Below are positions 61,438-64,000 of a stretch of DNA of 64,000 nucleotides, piece by piece. Each line of letters starts with the position of its first letter. Position 1 is the first letter of the stretch. The stretch is from Marsupella aquatica (Eukaryota; Plantae; Marchantiophyta): the NCBI GenBank assembly GCA_973895155.1, contig OZ316896.1, forward strand, positions 19,332,754-19,396,753, read 5' to 3'. The position numbers and the translations under genes were made by a program. The notes beneath the pieces were generated by a model that was not told where the DNA came from, made no database searches, and worked only from the letters and a program-made list of their open reading frames with translations.

Positions 61438-64000
61438 AGCAAGAAACAATTTGATTTGCTTTGCTGTACATGGTTACCCTAATTGATGAACATCAAACTA
61501 TGAAAACTGGAGTAATCTTACTTGTGCCCTGCATCTGAGAAGGAAATTAAGAAATCATGCAAAGATTTTTGCTTACACTCCAATGCCTTCCACCTGATTG
61601 TCCTACTTGCATGGAACAGAACTTACAGGGTTGTTGAATTAGTGTATGGGGCAAACTGTAGCCACTTGGTAACCTCCTGCTGGGTTTGGTTAGTGGAGCT
61701 CTCACTGAAATACCACTCAGGAAGGGTGGTGAGTACTTTCCCCCCCAGGGTAGGATTTGAACAATTTAGAGAAGATTAAGGACAAGTCATCCATAAAACT
61801 TTGGATAAGTATTTGATGTGAAGGGAGGGTGAGCCGCCCAAGAGCCACACAAATTAAACTAAGGTGACACTCGAAGAACAAAGAACAAGACAAACAACAA
61901 ACAACGCAGGCCAATAAGCAAGGGATTGCCTCAGGATGTATATCATGATAACGGTAATGAGCGGCTAACCTGGATGCCACTAAGAATGGTGCTAAGCTGG
62001 GTTGACTAAAATCTAATAGGATTTTGGTCTATCAGCTACAGTGTTCATAAATCAGGATTGGGTGGTGAGTTAAGAAAATCAGTGTGAGAAGATATGGCTT
62101 ACCTAGTCAAAAGTTAGCTATGTAAGAACTGGCAAGGGCAACCTTCTCCTCCAAACAAATTGTTCCTACAATTGTCTGGGTTGGGGCTAATGTGGTGATG
62201 TTCACCAATAGAAAAATAGAAATATTTGTCAATAAAAAAACCACTACGGTCATCCTAGAATAGTTTTATCTAGAAAGGAGAGAACATTATGGTACTATGT
62301 CCAAGTATAGTGACAAAATAATTCATTAATTTTTTTTCAAGAAGGGGACGTGAGGCTTGCCAAAACTGGGGCCAAAACCAAGGATCGAGGAACTCAACTA
62401 CACTACCACTTAGCTTTGGTGTCACTGACTCCAAAGCCGAGCTCCCCTATGGTCCAGGCCTACAGAACAGCCACCCGGTAGGGACTAAGTATGGGGAGAC
62501 TAGAGGGCAAGGAAGCGTTGCACTAGCAATGACGCCCAATGCGCTGAGCTAGTGACGCACGCTAAGGACCTAGACTAGCATTGAGAGCTGGTTGGGTCAT
62601 GGGAAGGACTGAGCTCAGGGTAAACCATCCGGACCCTAGATGTACTTTGAGTTATGAAGGCTTGAGTGAGAGCTCATCTTGGGCCCAAGGCCAAAGAAGT
62701 TGACTTCATGCACAACCCGAGTGTCCAAACCATCGAGTGTCCAAACCATGTACACTCACTGCCTAAACCCTAAGCGAAAGCCAGCCCAACCCTAGATTTT
62801 GGTTCAAATAGAACTTTGAGTTCTTTGTAAAATCTCACTTCCAATTTCTGCGAGGGTTTTGCCCTTGGACCATGGCTACACGGCCTCCTCCCTGTCCCTG
62901 CTGAGGTTTCACGGGTTTAAATTGCGAGACCTCAGTTTTGGAATCTGGCTTTTGAAATTTTTCTTAGTGAGCTGAATGTCGTTTTTAGCAGGTACACTTG
63001 ATGGTATGCGGTTAGCTGTGAAGGTGCATAAGGGACGGATCCCACAAGGGAGTCCCACTCAACGAGAGCTGAACTGGGCCAACTTGGAGGTGATTGTTTG
63101 TCTTTCCTAGGCACCAGCCACAGCTTCGATCGAAATTTGGCTGGTAAACTTTTTCATCTCATCTCATTGTGTGCAGTGGATTATCCACCTTGGTCAGAAC
63201 ATCAGTCTCTCCTTCGCTTACGTGCATTCTCAGGTGTTTTAGTTAGGGCCTTTTCCATTCGAGTGCAGCTGTTAAAAGATGGCATCGCTCTGTCCTAGCT
63301 GTGCTCTGCCGTTTCTGAAGCTAACTTGGAATGCCATACTTGCCGCTCGCATTTCTTTCTAGCTGCAACTTGTGTCTCAGGAATGGTTTTGAGAATGAGG
63401 CTGATCTACGTAGGATGGAATTAATCCCCGATAGCCCCTTCCACCAGTTGCATCACGTTACGCCAAAGTTACAGATATAGGAGGTGATCCAGGCTTGCTG
63501 CTGAAAAAGCAAGGAGGAACACAAAAGAGTGATATGCTGGGTAGATGGAAGACGATCTGAGAAGGTAGGAGGACAGAAGCAGACCCTGAGACTAGAGAAG
63601 ATCTGAAGATGTCGGAGATCCTTGTTTCAGCACTTTCTTCCATTCAAGAGAAGCTCGATGTAACGTTTATGAATATGATGTATGATTTCTCTCACTACGT
63701 GTTCAGGTTGAGCTGTCTCGTTTGGACGTGGTGGCTTTTGGATTTTGGAATTTGGAATTTGTATTTTATTGTTTGTTTTGGTGGGTTTTAAAATATCTTT
63801 GTCAATCTTGTTTTTCATCCAAGCTACAAAATTCTGGAGCAGGTTAGGTCACTTTGTAACACTGATTTTGAGCATGATTGACCTGTTATTTGTTATCTGA
63901 CTTCAATGAAAATCATACTGTCCCTGTTTTCTGATCGAATATCAGCAAATTCTGCCACAGTAGACCTCAACGCTTTCCCCGGGGAGACAGGTGGATCTCT

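Noticed and set aside
62300-64000. Possible gene or retroelement fragment at the window end
   Set aside because: Only short ORFs, with no motif I can recognise.

Overview
Eukaryotic nuclear DNA from a land plant; gene content and intron style suggest a bryophyte, possibly a liverwort (inference). Host genes: an 18-coding-exon GH116/GBA2-type non-lysosomal glucosylceramidase (6553-13095 +), a 4-exon TauE/SafE sulfite-exporter-family gene (20105-23134 +), a glutaredoxin-like/Cys-rich protein (28884-29408 -) and an intronless MAP3K-like pseudokinase (60496-61437 -). The main discovery is a three-level transposon nest at 34986-58729, whose ends and target-site duplications (TSDs) can be read directly. 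(1) The outer element has 20-bp perfect CACTA...TAGTG terminal inverted repeats (TIRs) and is about 12.6 kb once the insert is removed. It encodes a non-canonical (DUF7869/Sola1-like) DDD transposase. Divergently, it encodes a reconstructable 5-exon, ~1620-aa cargo protein joining a ParB/Srx-like domain, a beta-class N6A/N4C DNA-methyltransferase-like domain and an FCP1/NIF-type HAD phosphatase domain, with palindrome arrays in the introns. (2) An 11.1-kb element with an 8-bp TSD and a P-superfamily-like transposase is inserted in the phosphatase exon. (3) A 297-bp MITE is inserted in that transposase. The window also holds a satellite-filled non-autonomous Helitron, five copies of a ~300-bp 8-bp-TSD MITE family, Mutator-type elements with 9-bp TSDs, an L1 endonuclease fragment and a probable LTR+PBS. 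All protein family calls come from motif recognition by eye; no searches were run.
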